Assembly: GCA_030600585.1 (NCBI GenBank)
Contig: JAUVLU010000009.1
Span: 3,698-67,697, forward strand
DNA from: Candidatus Cloacimonadota bacterium
Lineage (GTDB): Bacteria > Cloacimonadota > Cloacimonadia > Cloacimonadales > TCS61
Direction: 5' to 3'
DNA length: 64,000 bases
In this document: positions 8,578 to 18,117 of the stretch, in pieces
Position numbering within the stretch: position 1 is the stretch's first letter
Layout: each line of letters begins with the position of its first letter
Translations under genes and position numbers: made by a program
The notes under the pieces: generated by a model
What the model saw: only the letters and a program-made list of their open reading frames with translations
Told to the model about the DNA's origin: nothing
The model's database searches: none

Positions 8578-9948
8578 TTACAAATTTTGGATATTTTTTA
8601 ATGCCTTTGGTGCTGTAGCGGGCGTTACTCCATCTCCTGAAATATAACCCTTTACCGGCTTCCCTTTTAGATTGCCTTCTTTATCAACTCGATAGAATTC
8701 CACGTGAATTCGGACAGCTTTACCATCTTCAATCAGAATATCTTTTCCTTCCTCATCTACTTTGAAAGGATTATGGTAAAGCCAACCCAATCCGATCGCC
8801 GCAGTCCCATCTTTCCCATTTACGTTCTTTCTTTGTGAACCTATGAACTGACGTTTCTCAAGTGAAACATTTGGAGAATTAATACTTGAGGTTACACTTC
8901 CAATTCTTTCACCGTCTTTATAGATTACTCTTCCGGTTACGATCCCTTCTGAAATTATTAAAACCATTCTTTTATCAGTTTTGGAATAAATATCTTTTTG
9001 TAATGTTTCTTTACCCACGAAATTTTCTTTACACATATCAATAGCAGCATTAAAAAGAGGTGCATTAACAGGAGTATGTTCTCTATCGTATTCGCTGCCA
9101 TTAAGAGGTAATCCAAAATTACCGGCAGACATTCTGTTCTCATCTCTGCCGCCAAGACCAACAACCAGTCCACCCAAATCAAGAGCTTCTGCAGCAGTGC
9201 GTTTGAACTGATCTTCAGCAACTGCTGCCGGAACATACATTTCCCAACCCCAACGATTAGTATATCCGGTTCTGCTGATATAATAATGATGTCCCTCAAA
9301 ATCAAATTCATTGAAAGTAAAGAATTTCATATTTTTGGAAGGTTTATTTCTGTTCTTTACAACTTGCTCACCATAAAGTTTGGTAATTAGTTTATATGAT
9401 AATGGACCTTGAATATCTATTTTAACAAGTTCATCAGAAATATCATGTACGTTTACATCTTCATTATCTTTCATATATTTACATATAAAATCTGCATCAG
9501 AGATCATATTTTTTTCTTCATCTGTAATATCGTGACCTGCATTGATCACAAGAATAAAATTATTTTCTTTTACACGCATAATTATCAAGTCATCAAGAAC
9601 AGTTCCCTTCTCAGTTAGTAACAGAGTATATTTACACTGTCCTATTTTCATACTGCTTACATCAGCTGGAAGAACACGATCAAGAAGATTTACAGCATCT
9701 GAACCAGTAAATTGTATTTGAGCCATATGATCTATATTAAATATCGCAACCTTCTCTACAGCTTTCGCTTCTTCTAATACGGATGTAAGGTAATTTACAG
9801 CCATTTCGTACTCACCGAAATTGCTTGTTTTTATTGGTGTGTAATCTCTTCCCAGACGTTCAGATAATACTTTCTGATACCAATTTTCAGCATCTCGAAG
9901 TGCTGTTCTACGGGGAAAATCAGGAAAATCAATCCCAATCTTTTTCAT
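8578..9948 (-). CDS. Aminomethyltransferase (glycine-cleavage T-protein / GcvT family)
   Basis: 456 aa from ATG 9948, with AAGGAG 7 nt upstream. The 519-aa version in the track overlaps the divergent 10085 gene. GcvT-fold segments are present: HMAQIQFTGSDAVNLLDRVLPADV, KYTLLLTEKGTVLDDLIIMRV, YYISRTGYTNRWGWEMYV. Confidence 0.7.
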   Translation of the reverse strand: MKKIGIDFPDFPRRTALRDAENWYQKVLSERLGRDYTPIKTSNFGEYEMAVNYLTSVLEEAKAVEKVAIFNIDHMAQIQFTGSDAVNLLDRVLPADVSSMKIGQCKYTLLLTEKGTVLDDLIIMRVKENNFILVINAGHDITDEEKNMISDADFICKYMKDNEDVNVHDISDELVKIDIQGPLSYKLITKLYGEQVVKNRNKPSKNMKFFTFNEFDFEGHHYYISRTGYTNRWGWEMYVPAAVAEDQFKRTAAEALDLGGLVVGLGGRDENRMSAGNFGLPLNGSEYDREHTPVNAPLFNAAIDMCKENFVGKETLQKDIYSKTDKRMVLIISEGIVTGRVIYKDGERIGSVTSSINSPNVSLEKRQFIGSQRKNVNGKDGTAAIGLGWLYHNPFKVDEEGKDILIEDGKAVRIHVEFYRVDKEGNLKGKPVKGYISGDGVTPATAPKALKNIQNL

Positions 9949-10084
9949 AAGATACTCCTTTATTGAATTAATTTTTGTTAAATTTATAATTACTTTGTAT
10001 TTGTAAAGAATATTATAACTAAAATAATATTTTCTTGACTTATTAATATTTATTTGAAATTTAAAAAACATTGGAGAATATAAA

Positions 10085-11074
10085 TTGGATAGAGTATTAA
10101 TAGTTGAAGATGAGCGAATGATTGCAGAAGATATCAAATATACACTTAATCAATATAATTATGATGTTATTGGTATATATGATAAAGGTATAAAAGCAAT
10201 AAAGAACGTCTCAAAATTGAAACCTGATATAATTCTTATGGATATAATGCTCGAAGGTGACATCAACGGTATCGAAACTGGAAAGATCATTCTTAAAGAT
10301 CATGATATTCCAATCATTTTTCTTACAGCCTATGCTGATCCTGTAACAATTGAATCAGCAAAGAGTATAACACCATACGGATATATTCTTAAACCTTTTG
10401 AAGCGGAAGAATTATATGTTGCAATAGAGATCGCATTATTAAAACATAAATCTGAGAAAAAATTGAATAAAAGCAAAGCACTTTTTGAAAGTATGTTTTT
10501 TGGTAATCCGGAACCCTGCGTTTACCTTGATAAAGATTTTAGGGTAATTGATATCAATCCGCGATTTATAGAATTTTTCGGTTTTACTCTGGATGAAATA
10601 AAAGGTAAAAAGATAGATGCATTGATCATACCTGAAAAATACGAAGAAGAAGTTGCTAAATTGAACAAGGACACTCTTTCGGGATATGTATATTTTGATA
10701 CATATAGAAAGAATAAAGCCGGCGAAGATCTTCCGGTTTCCATTTCAGCTGCTCCAATAATAATTGATGCTAAACCTGAAGGATCATTTGTGATCTATAA
10801 AGATATCTCCAAAAGAAAAAAGATTGAGGAGGAAAGAGAAAAACTTATTAAGGAACTTCAAAAAACACTTGATGAAATAAAAACTCTTGAAGGCTTGATC
10901 CCTATTTGTGCTCATTGTAAAAAAATACGAGATGACTCTGGTTTTTGGGGTAATGTTGAACAATATATTTCTAAACATACGAATGTCGATTTTAGTCATG
11001 GTATCTGCCCTGACTGCTTAGAAAAATATTACCCAAAACAATACTTGAAAATGAAAGAAAAAGGAAACATATAG
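10085..11074 (+). CDS. Response-regulator receiver + PAS + C-terminal CxxC...H...CxxC module
   Basis: 329 aa, TTG start with GGAG 8 nt upstream. Receiver motifs: VLIVEDE, ILMDIML, the phospho-Asp context, and KPF. The PAS-like middle region includes CVYLDKDFRVIDINPRF. The C-terminus is LIPICAHCKKIRDDSGFWGNVEQYISKHTNVDFSHGICPDCLEKYYP. Confidence 0.75.
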   Translation: MDRVLIVEDERMIAEDIKYTLNQYNYDVIGIYDKGIKAIKNVSKLKPDIILMDIMLEGDINGIETGKIILKDHDIPIIFLTAYADPVTIESAKSITPYGYILKPFEAEELYVAIEIALLKHKSEKKLNKSKALFESMFFGNPEPCVYLDKDFRVIDINPRFIEFFGFTLDEIKGKKIDALIIPEKYEEEVAKLNKDTLSGYVYFDTYRKNKAGEDLPVSISAAPIIIDAKPEGSFVIYKDISKRKKIEEEREKLIKELQKTLDEIKTLEGLIPICAHCKKIRDDSGFWGNVEQYISKHTNVDFSHGICPDCLEKYYPKQYLKMKEKGNI

Positions 11075-11207
11075 AAAATAAAATGAAAAAAAAGATATAT
11101 ACAAAATCAATTATTATATTAAAGATTTATAAATGAATTTAAACATGCCTACCGCCTGCGGAATAATAAACAAAAATTTAAAATATTTTCAAAAGTAAAT
11201 TAATCAC

Positions 11208-12560
11208 ATGCATCATAAAAAATCTACTGCAAAGTTAATAGAAGGTCCAATCGGAAAAACACTGACTAAAATGACAATTGCCATGACCCTCGGTATGTTA
11301 GGAATGGTTGCATTCAATTTAGTTGACACCTTCTTTGTTGGAAAGCTTGGAACGGATCAATTAGCTGCGCTTAGTTTTACTTTTCCGGTAATACTGGTAA
11401 TCTCCAGCATAGCATTAGGTTTAGCGCTTGGTACTTCTGCCGTAATTTCCCGTGCAATTGGTGAAGGTGATCATCACAAAGTTCAAAGACTTACTACTGA
11501 TAGTTTACTCCTTGCATTTATAATTGTTATTGGATTTGTAACTATTGGACTATTCACAATAGAACCATTATTCAAGGCTTTAGGTGCAACATCTAAGATA
11601 ATTTCTTATATAAAAATTTACATGAAAATATGGTATATTGGAATGCCTTTTGTTGTTGTTCCAATGGTTGGGAATAATGCAATCCGTGCAACAGGAGATG
11701 CTAATACTCCCAGTATAATCATGCTTATTGCGGTTTGCGTGAATACAATATTAGATCCGTTATTGATTTTTGGAATCGGACCCTTCCCAGAGCTTGGGAT
11801 CAAGGGAGCTGCAATTGCAACGGTGATAAGTAGATTCACAACTTTTTCTGTTGCATTATGGGTACTCGCAAAGCGAGAGAAAATGATCTCTTTTGATATT
11901 CCCGGAATTACTGAAATAATCAATTCTTGGAAGCAAATATTATTTATAGGGGTACCCATTGCCGGAGCTCGAATTATAATTCCAATTACAATAGGAATAA
12001 TAACAAGAATGGTATCTTCTTATGGAGTTAAAGCTGTTGCCGGCTTTGGAGTAGTCTCCAGATTAGAATTCTTCTCTCTTGTAGTTATACACGCCCTGTC
12101 ATCAGTTTTTGGTCCTTTTATCGGGCAGAACCTTGGAGCAAAAAAATATGATCGTGTTCATACTGCTATTAATATCAGCCATCGATTTTCAATTCTCTGG
12201 GAAATTGCAGTATGGATCATACTTTTTTCATTCCGAAATACAATAGCAGGTATTTTTAATGATGACACACAGGTAATTTCAACCATTGTATTATATCTAA
12301 CTATCGTTCCTTTAAGTTATACTATGAAAGGAATATTCTTATTAAGTACAACTGCTTTGAACGTAATGCACAAACCATTACAGTCGGTTAGCCTTACTAT
12401 TATACAAATGTTCATATTATGCATTCCACTGGCATTATTAGGTTCACATTTATTTGGATTGACAGGAATTTTTGCATCTGTAGCTTTATCCTATATTATT
12501 TCTGGGATTATTTCCCGTATTGTTTTATTAAGTTATTTTAAAATAGAGATAAGATCATGA
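11208..12560 (+). CDS. MATE-family efflux transporter
   Basis: 450 aa with about 12 predicted TM helices and typical MATE N-terminal segments (LTKMTIAMTLGMLGMVAFNLVDTFFVGKLG, GNNAIRATGDANTP). Confidence 0.8.
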   Translation: MHHKKSTAKLIEGPIGKTLTKMTIAMTLGMLGMVAFNLVDTFFVGKLGTDQLAALSFTFPVILVISSIALGLALGTSAVISRAIGEGDHHKVQRLTTDSLLLAFIIVIGFVTIGLFTIEPLFKALGATSKIISYIKIYMKIWYIGMPFVVVPMVGNNAIRATGDANTPSIIMLIAVCVNTILDPLLIFGIGPFPELGIKGAAIATVISRFTTFSVALWVLAKREKMISFDIPGITEIINSWKQILFIGVPIAGARIIIPITIGIITRMVSSYGVKAVAGFGVVSRLEFFSLVVIHALSSVFGPFIGQNLGAKKYDRVHTAINISHRFSILWEIAVWIILFSFRNTIAGIFNDDTQVISTIVLYLTIVPLSYTMKGIFLLSTTALNVMHKPLQSVSLTIIQMFILCIPLALLGSHLFGLTGIFASVALSYIISGIISRIVLLSYFKIEIRS

Positions 12561-12919
12561 ATTTGGAAGAAATTAAAGAATATTGTTTACAAAAGAAAGG
12601 TGCTTCTATTAATTTTCCTTTTGATGATGTAACTATGGTTATAAAAATTTGTAGTAAGATGTTCGCATTGATTGCGATTAATGATGATCCGTTGCGGATA
12701 AATTTAAAATGTGACCCGTTTATTGCTCAGGGTTTACGCGAAAGATATAGTGCAGTAATTCCCGGATATCATATGAATAAGAAACACTGGAATACTGTAA
12801 TAATGAACAACACCATTCCGGAAAATATAATTAAAGGAATGATCGATGATTCTTACGATCTGGTTTTCTTAAAATTATCTAAGAAAAATAAAGGCATCAT
12901 TATACAGAATATATCTTAA
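12557..12919 (+). CDS. MmcQ/YjbR-family protein
   Basis: 120 aa, colinear by eye with E. coli YjbR (EIKEYCLQKKGA..., PGYHMNKKHWNTV). ATGA overlap with the MATE gene. Confidence 0.75.
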   Translation: MNLEEIKEYCLQKKGASINFPFDDVTMVIKICSKMFALIAINDDPLRINLKCDPFIAQGLRERYSAVIPGYHMNKKHWNTVIMNNTIPENIIKGMIDDSYDLVFLKLSKKNKGIIIQNIS

Positions 12920-12928
12920 GGAGAAGAT

Positions 12929-14239
12929 TTGTATTATAATACGAAAAGGCTGTTTGCACCGTTGATAATTCCAAGCTTTTTAATCATTTTATCAATGATA
13001 ATTGGTTGGCAATGGGATCGAATGTTACTTCAAGCAAACATTGATAATGAATTAACTGCATTCATCGTGATCTTCCCGCTTATTCCCTATCTCCTTTTTG
13101 CTATTGTAGCAATATTAGGGATTCGATCAAATAATTCAGGTCTTATTTTAATTACATTTATTCTTTCAATTTGTTATTTTGCTTTAAATCATTTTGTCAG
13201 CAATGCGGGAATTTATTCAAGTTCCTTTGTTCCACGTATTATTTCTTTTTTACTTCCTATAAATATATTTTTGTTTTCTTTTATTGCGAAAAAAAAAAAT
13301 AGAACAGTTATTATGTATTTTATTATAATTTTTCTTGAAATTGGAATAATTCGATTTCTTTATAATTTGATAGAATTCCCAAAATCTGAAATAATAATTC
13401 AATTCCAAATGGAATTCCCAAAATTAGCTGCTTCTTTTTTGGTCTTCACACAACATCTATCTGGGATATTTTTGAGAACATCATTCATCGAAAACATTCC
13501 AACAATTTCTCTATTTAATTTTATTATTATCGTATTTATCATGATTTTAAGATTTGTAAACAGCCGTGATGTAAGAAATAGTGGTTATCTTTTTATCACG
13601 ATTTCTGTGTTTCTGGCATTTTGTTCAAGAGTGCCTGCTCCGGCTTTAATGATATTTTTTACAACTTCCGGGCTTATTCTGCTTATAACCACGATCGAAG
13701 CATCATTTTCCATGGCATATATAGACGAACTTACAGGGTTGCATGGCCGTAGAAGTTTGAACGAAACATTGAATACGCTTAATAAAAATTATTCCATAGC
13801 AATGCTTGATATTGATCTTTTTAAGAAATTCAATGATAAATACGGACATAAAACCGGTGATCAAGTTTTAAAAATGGTTGCTGCCAAGCTAAGCGAAATT
13901 AATGGCGGTGCAAAGACTTTTCGTTATGGTGGAGAAGAATTTACTGCAATATTCCCCGGTAAAACAGCTAGAGAATCCGAACCTTACCTGGAAGAATTCA
14001 GAAGAAAACTCGAATCTACAGAATTTATTGTTCGTTCAACGATAAGAAAATCAACAACTTCAAAAAACCGTGGGAAAACAGCTTCAAAAGATCGTAAAAT
14101 AGTGACTATTACTATAAGTATAGGTATTGCAGATTATAGCAGAAATCAAACAAAACCGGATAAAGTTCTTAAAGCTGCAGATAAAATCCTTTACAAAGCA
14201 AAACGTATGGGAAGAAATAGAGTTGAAATTCAAAAGTAA
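12929..14239 (+). CDS. Membrane-bound diguanylate cyclase (GGDEF)
   Basis: 436 aa, TTG start. About 8 TM helices precede the GGDEF domain (YIDELTGLHGRR, DIDLFKKFNDKYGHKTGDQVL, RYGGEEF, AKRMGRNRV). Confidence 0.85.
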   Translation: MYYNTKRLFAPLIIPSFLIILSMIIGWQWDRMLLQANIDNELTAFIVIFPLIPYLLFAIVAILGIRSNNSGLILITFILSICYFALNHFVSNAGIYSSSFVPRIISFLLPINIFLFSFIAKKKNRTVIMYFIIIFLEIGIIRFLYNLIEFPKSEIIIQFQMEFPKLAASFLVFTQHLSGIFLRTSFIENIPTISLFNFIIIVFIMILRFVNSRDVRNSGYLFITISVFLAFCSRVPAPALMIFFTTSGLILLITTIEASFSMAYIDELTGLHGRRSLNETLNTLNKNYSIAMLDIDLFKKFNDKYGHKTGDQVLKMVAAKLSEINGGAKTFRYGGEEFTAIFPGKTARESEPYLEEFRRKLESTEFIVRSTIRKSTTSKNRGKTASKDRKIVTITISIGIADYSRNQTKPDKVLKAADKILYKAKRMGRNRVEIQK

Positions 14240-14254
14240 AAATAGAGATATATT

Positions 14255-15346
14255 GTGAAATCCCATAAGAAAGATTCAAATTGCATAAAAAAAGACGGAA
14301 ATATTGATCAGAATATGAAGAAAAATAAGCTTCTTGCTAATATTCTTGAAAGTTCATCATCAGTATCTATCATATCAACTGATTTAAATCAAAACATTCT
14401 ATATTGGAATACCGGAGCAGAAAATATTTTCGGCTACCAAGCAAGCGATGTTATTGGAAAAAAGAAAATCCAAATTATCTACGATGGTCAGGAATCAAAG
14501 AAAAATGCATTAAAAGCTAAGAGACAAATCATTTCTACAAAAGAAGGGACAGAATGTGAATTACAACAAATATCAAAAAGTGGTAAAAAACTATGGAGTC
14601 GAATGACATTAACTCCATGTTTTGATGAAAATGAAAATGTGATAGGTATTCTGGGTATTGGAATTGATATTACACAGAATAAAAGATCAGAACAAAATCT
14701 TCGCGAAACAATGAAGAAATTAAAAAAGACTCTTACCGGTATGATCTATGCCACTGAATTAATAATAGAAACACGTGACCCCTATACTGCAGGACATCAA
14801 AGAAGAGTTGCTATGCTTGCAAAAGCTATAGCTGAAAACATGAATCTTACAAAGCAACAAGTGGAATGTATTTACATAGTTGGCATGATCCATGATATTG
14901 GAAAGATATCCATCCCAGCTGAAATACTCAGTATGCCGCGCAGACTTACATCAGCTGAATTCAACTTGATAAAGAATCACCCCCAATCTGGCTATGAAAT
15001 TTTTAAGAAAATAAATTTCCCATGGCCGATAGCTGACATTGTTCTCCAACACCATGAACGGATTAATGGAACTGGATATCCTAATGGACTTGTTGGAAAA
15101 GATATTATGTTGGAAGCAAAAATTCTTATGGTTGCCGATGTTGTTGAAGCTATGGCATCACACCGACCTTACAGAGCAGCCTTCAGTATAACACGAGCAC
15201 TTGGAGAGGTCAAACAAAATAGTGGTATCCTGTACAATCCGGATATTGTCGATTCCTGCGTTGAATTATTTAAAAAAGGTAAATTTAGTTTTGATAGTAA
15301 TAATAGCATTTCTCCACTGCTTAAGGATATAAATGTACTGCTCTGA
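14255..15346 (+). CDS. PAS-domain HD-GYP phosphodiesterase
   Basis: 363 aa. The PAS region includes ILYWNTGAENIFGY. HD-GYP motifs: GHQRRV, IHDIGKISIP, HHERINGTGYPNGL. Confidence 0.85.
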   Translation: MKSHKKDSNCIKKDGNIDQNMKKNKLLANILESSSSVSIISTDLNQNILYWNTGAENIFGYQASDVIGKKKIQIIYDGQESKKNALKAKRQIISTKEGTECELQQISKSGKKLWSRMTLTPCFDENENVIGILGIGIDITQNKRSEQNLRETMKKLKKTLTGMIYATELIIETRDPYTAGHQRRVAMLAKAIAENMNLTKQQVECIYIVGMIHDIGKISIPAEILSMPRRLTSAEFNLIKNHPQSGYEIFKKINFPWPIADIVLQHHERINGTGYPNGLVGKDIMLEAKILMVADVVEAMASHRPYRAAFSITRALGEVKQNSGILYNPDIVDSCVELFKKGKFSFDSNNSISPLLKDINVLL

Positions 15347-15656
15347 ATGTGACAAATTCATTGATACAAATAAAAAACATTGTCCTCACTGTAATACTCT
15401 TCTACTTCCAAATAAACCGGATAGTGATCAACTCGATTATGTAAAAGTATTCGAAAGTTCCGAACTGGGATTAACTGCAATAATTAAATCCATTCTTATT
15501 AATGCAGATATTGAATATCTGGTCAGAGGTGAACATATGCAAAGCATTCTTGGTGGACAATTCAGTTTTGCTTTTGGTGCAAATATTGGAAAAGTAGAAT
15601 TCTTTGTTCATGAAAATGATAAAGAAGTTGTAGTAGAACTTTTAAAAAAATTATAA
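15333..15656 (+). CDS. Zinc-ribbon + DUF2007-like small protein
   Basis: 107 aa. The N-terminus is CSECDKFIDTNKKHCPHCN. The C-terminal ~70 aa follow the pattern of the putative signal-transducing DUF2007 fold. It overlaps the HD-GYP gene by 14 nt. Confidence 0.5.
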   Translation: MYCSECDKFIDTNKKHCPHCNTLLLPNKPDSDQLDYVKVFESSELGLTAIIKSILINADIEYLVRGEHMQSILGGQFSFAFGANIGKVEFFVHENDKEVVVELLKKL

Positions 15657-15685
15657 AATTATGTATTCTGATTACTAATTCTCAA

Positions 15686-16414
15686 ATATTCTGGTTATCA
15701 AGCCTCACAATTCAATATTCTGGTTACCAATCCCCTGCTTGATCAGGATAAAAAAATGCTCACGGATAAACACGGATTGGAGAAAAATAATACCCGCTAA
15801 ACACGCGAAAACTGCGAAAATGTTTAAGTTGGACTTGACTTAAGAATTCGGAAATCTCTCAGCTTTACACAACTGAATACTTGAGTTAAGAACCTGTCTT
15901 CGTTTCACTACGCCACGGCAGGCAGAAAAAATTAACCACTGATACACACGGATAAAAGAAAAATATGTAAAACGATCGCCCCGATCGTTCAAACACATTC
16001 AAGGTTTATAAGCCGTAGGCTTACAAGTCCGCCGGTTTTTTTGGAGGAGTGAACGAGATACAAAAAAGCCTCCCAGTTTGCACTGAAAGGTTGATTGTTG
16101 TTAACCTTGCGGATGGACAACGTCCTCCGCAATGGTTGAAAACTATCAATAACACCATTCGGGTTAACTATCTTATTTCACAAAGACAGAGCTTTGTGTT
16201 ACTTCACCAATGTAACCTGAATACTAACCGTTCAGAAGGTGTTATATGAGAGAATAACTATTTTATCCAACCGTTCCGAAGGTTTCGTATTTAACGTCCT
16301 AAAGAGATGGTGTTCCCAAAGAGGGCTTTGGGAACGAGAGATGCAATGTGAGAGAATAACTCTGTTAGTAAACCGTTCCGAAGGTTTCACATTTATCCAA
16401 CCGTTCGGAAGGTT
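15686..16414. repeat. Cluster of heterogeneous REP-like hairpin repeats (BIME-like mosaic)
   Basis: - atattctggttaYcaa x2 (15686-15730).
- Hairpins aacgatcgccccgatcgtt (15971-15989) and taagccgtaggctta.
- aaccttgcggatggacaacgtcctccgcaatggtt (16103-16137), which matches the RAYT left arm.
- caaagacagagctttgtgttac (16181-16202).
- aaccgttcNgaaggtt x4 (16226, 16269, 16371, 16399).
- gagagaataact x2.
- gttcccaaagagggctttgggaacgagag (16312-16340). Confidence 0.85.
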
Positions 16415-16650
16415 TAGTATTATTTTTTGAGCATAAAATGTACTATAAACCAAATTCTTGACATCATAATCTACATATTAACTTTTGTTTTTGTGCTGAA
16501 GTAAATGATTCTAAAACTATTCATATCAGCTATGATAATTTACTTATGGAGTATTTTTGGAAACGAGAATATCTCCCGTGTTTGGAAAGACAGGAAAAAG
16601 TAGAATTCATTGTAATTTTTTTCTTGTTAATTTTTTTTTATGGAGGACTA

Positions 16651-17478
16651 ATGAACAAATTCACAAAATTACTTTTAATGGGAGTTATCATCCTGATTGC
16701 ATTAACAGCATGCGATGATAATACGATCGAGAATGAAAATGAAGACCCAAATCCACCATCACTGGCAACTGTATTAGACATTGAATTCACAATACCAGAT
16801 TCAACCGGACTATCTAATTACTCATCAGAGCAAGTAGATTATAGTGGTACAATGGTAACAGCTTATGCAGTTAATCAATTCGTTAATATGGATTCCGTTA
16901 ATGCTTACATCGATGAAGATGGATTTGATGGTCGAAAACTATTTGCTGTTGAGATCGTATCAAGTGATGATGATGGGAACTTTTCACCTCGAATTCAGGG
17001 TTATTACGATCTTTCATGGGATGATTTCATCACAGGCTTTCTGCTTCCAACAGAAATGGGCAGAATTTATTTCCCTGATGATAATATTCCAACAGGATAT
17101 AACGTGAAATGGGCTACTTATCTTCGTCTTTATAGAAAGATCGATGTTGTTTTGGATGCGAATATAATAATATTTGAAACTGGTGCATTCGAAACAATTG
17201 ATGTTTATCATCAAGCCGGAAATGGTAATTTCTACACAGATCCTGGGATTGCACTTACAAATTTCGTATCGGATTATGTGACTGAAAATCCTGAAAACTA
17301 CGAATATAATTTTACTTCTCCCGATGATGAAACGGCTGTTTTCACATGGGAAGATATTCAATCTGCCTATTGGCTTACAACTCAAAACAAAGCTGTATTT
17401 TTAAATGAAGACGGAACTGAATTTTACAGCAGCTTCAAATACCTGAGTCGTATTGAATTGGTTGAAATTCAACAATAA
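16651..17478 (+). CDS. Acidic lipoprotein of unknown function
   Basis: 275 aa from ATG 16651, with GGAGGA 4 nt upstream. Lipobox ILIALTAC-DDN. No recognisable family. Confidence 0.6.
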   Translation: MNKFTKLLLMGVIILIALTACDDNTIENENEDPNPPSLATVLDIEFTIPDSTGLSNYSSEQVDYSGTMVTAYAVNQFVNMDSVNAYIDEDGFDGRKLFAVEIVSSDDDGNFSPRIQGYYDLSWDDFITGFLLPTEMGRIYFPDDNIPTGYNVKWATYLRLYRKIDVVLDANIIIFETGAFETIDVYHQAGNGNFYTDPGIALTNFVSDYVTENPENYEYNFTSPDDETAVFTWEDIQSAYWLTTQNKAVFLNEDGTEFYSSFKYLSRIELVEIQQ

Positions 17479-17573
17479 GAAAGTTATTCGGGAAAATGTA
17501 TTTGATATATTTTCCATAAAAATAAAATGTTGGAAGTTGCTGAAAAAATAGATTTAGCGGAAATATAAAAGTA

Positions 17574-18110
17574 ATGAGCTGGTTAAGAAAATATTCATCT
17601 CAGGATTTGTTGTATATAGCCATAATGAGTGCTTTGGGGTTGGCAGCCAAACCGATCATCACCCCGCTTATACATCTGATTTCAGCTCCCTTAATGATAC
17701 CTGGTGGCTCGCTTGCCGGTGGTTTATACATGATGTGGATAGCGCTTGCTATTGCAATCGTAAATAAACCCGGTGCAGGTTTTCTGGTTGGTATCACACA
17801 AGCTATTGTAATGTTGAGTATGGGATATTTTGGAAATCATGGTGCAGTCTCGCTGATAAGTTATACTATGCCGGGGTTAATAGCAGAGATCATTTCTCTG
17901 TTCTTCCGAAATAAGAGAACTTTACCTTTTCATGTTATCATTGTAACGGCAGCCAATCTTACCGGAGCAGTTATTGTAACGATAATTGTAATGCGGCTTG
18001 CAACAATTCCATTTATAATTTCACTTATTGCTGCTGCTATTTCCGGAATTGTGGGAGGGATCATTTCATATTCGCTCTTTAATAAGCTAACAAAATTCAG
18101 AATAATATAG
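17574..18110 (+). CDS. ECF-transporter S-component-like membrane protein
   Basis: 178 aa with 5-6 TM helices. The N-terminus SSQDLLYIAIMSALGLAAKPIITPL and the Gly/Ala-rich helices are typical of substrate-capture (S) subunits. It is the first gene of the operon. Confidence 0.5.
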   Translation: MSWLRKYSSQDLLYIAIMSALGLAAKPIITPLIHLISAPLMIPGGSLAGGLYMMWIALAIAIVNKPGAGFLVGITQAIVMLSMGYFGNHGAVSLISYTMPGLIAEIISLFFRNKRTLPFHVIIVTAANLTGAVIVTIIVMRLATIPFIISLIAAAISGIVGGIISYSLFNKLTKFRII

Positions 18111-18117
18111 GGAAAAA

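Noticed and set aside
8578-10137. The 519-aa version of the GcvT-like ORF
   Set aside because: The extra 63 N-terminal codons overlap the divergent response-regulator gene and its SD. They are hydrophobic and low-complexity. The internal ATG at 9948 has a proper AAGGAG.
16226-16414. Possible CRISPR array (four aaccgttcNgaaggtt units)
   Set aside because: The units are only ~16 nt and imperfect. Their spacing is irregular (43, 102 and 28 nt). The 'spacers' contain other known repeat families, and there are no cas genes in the window.
15657-16650. Replication origin (two TTATCCAAC DnaA-box-like 9-mers at 16263 and 16393 in a 1-kb AT-rich gap)
   Set aside because: Both 9-mers are part of the repeated unit ttatccaaccgttcNgaaggtt. 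There is no dnaA/dnaN nearby, and no strand switch of gene orientation centred here.
17479-17573. Cobalamin riboswitch upstream of the ECF/TonB operon
   Set aside because: The 95-nt gap is too short. It lacks a B12-box-like GCCACTG core or any extended pairing.
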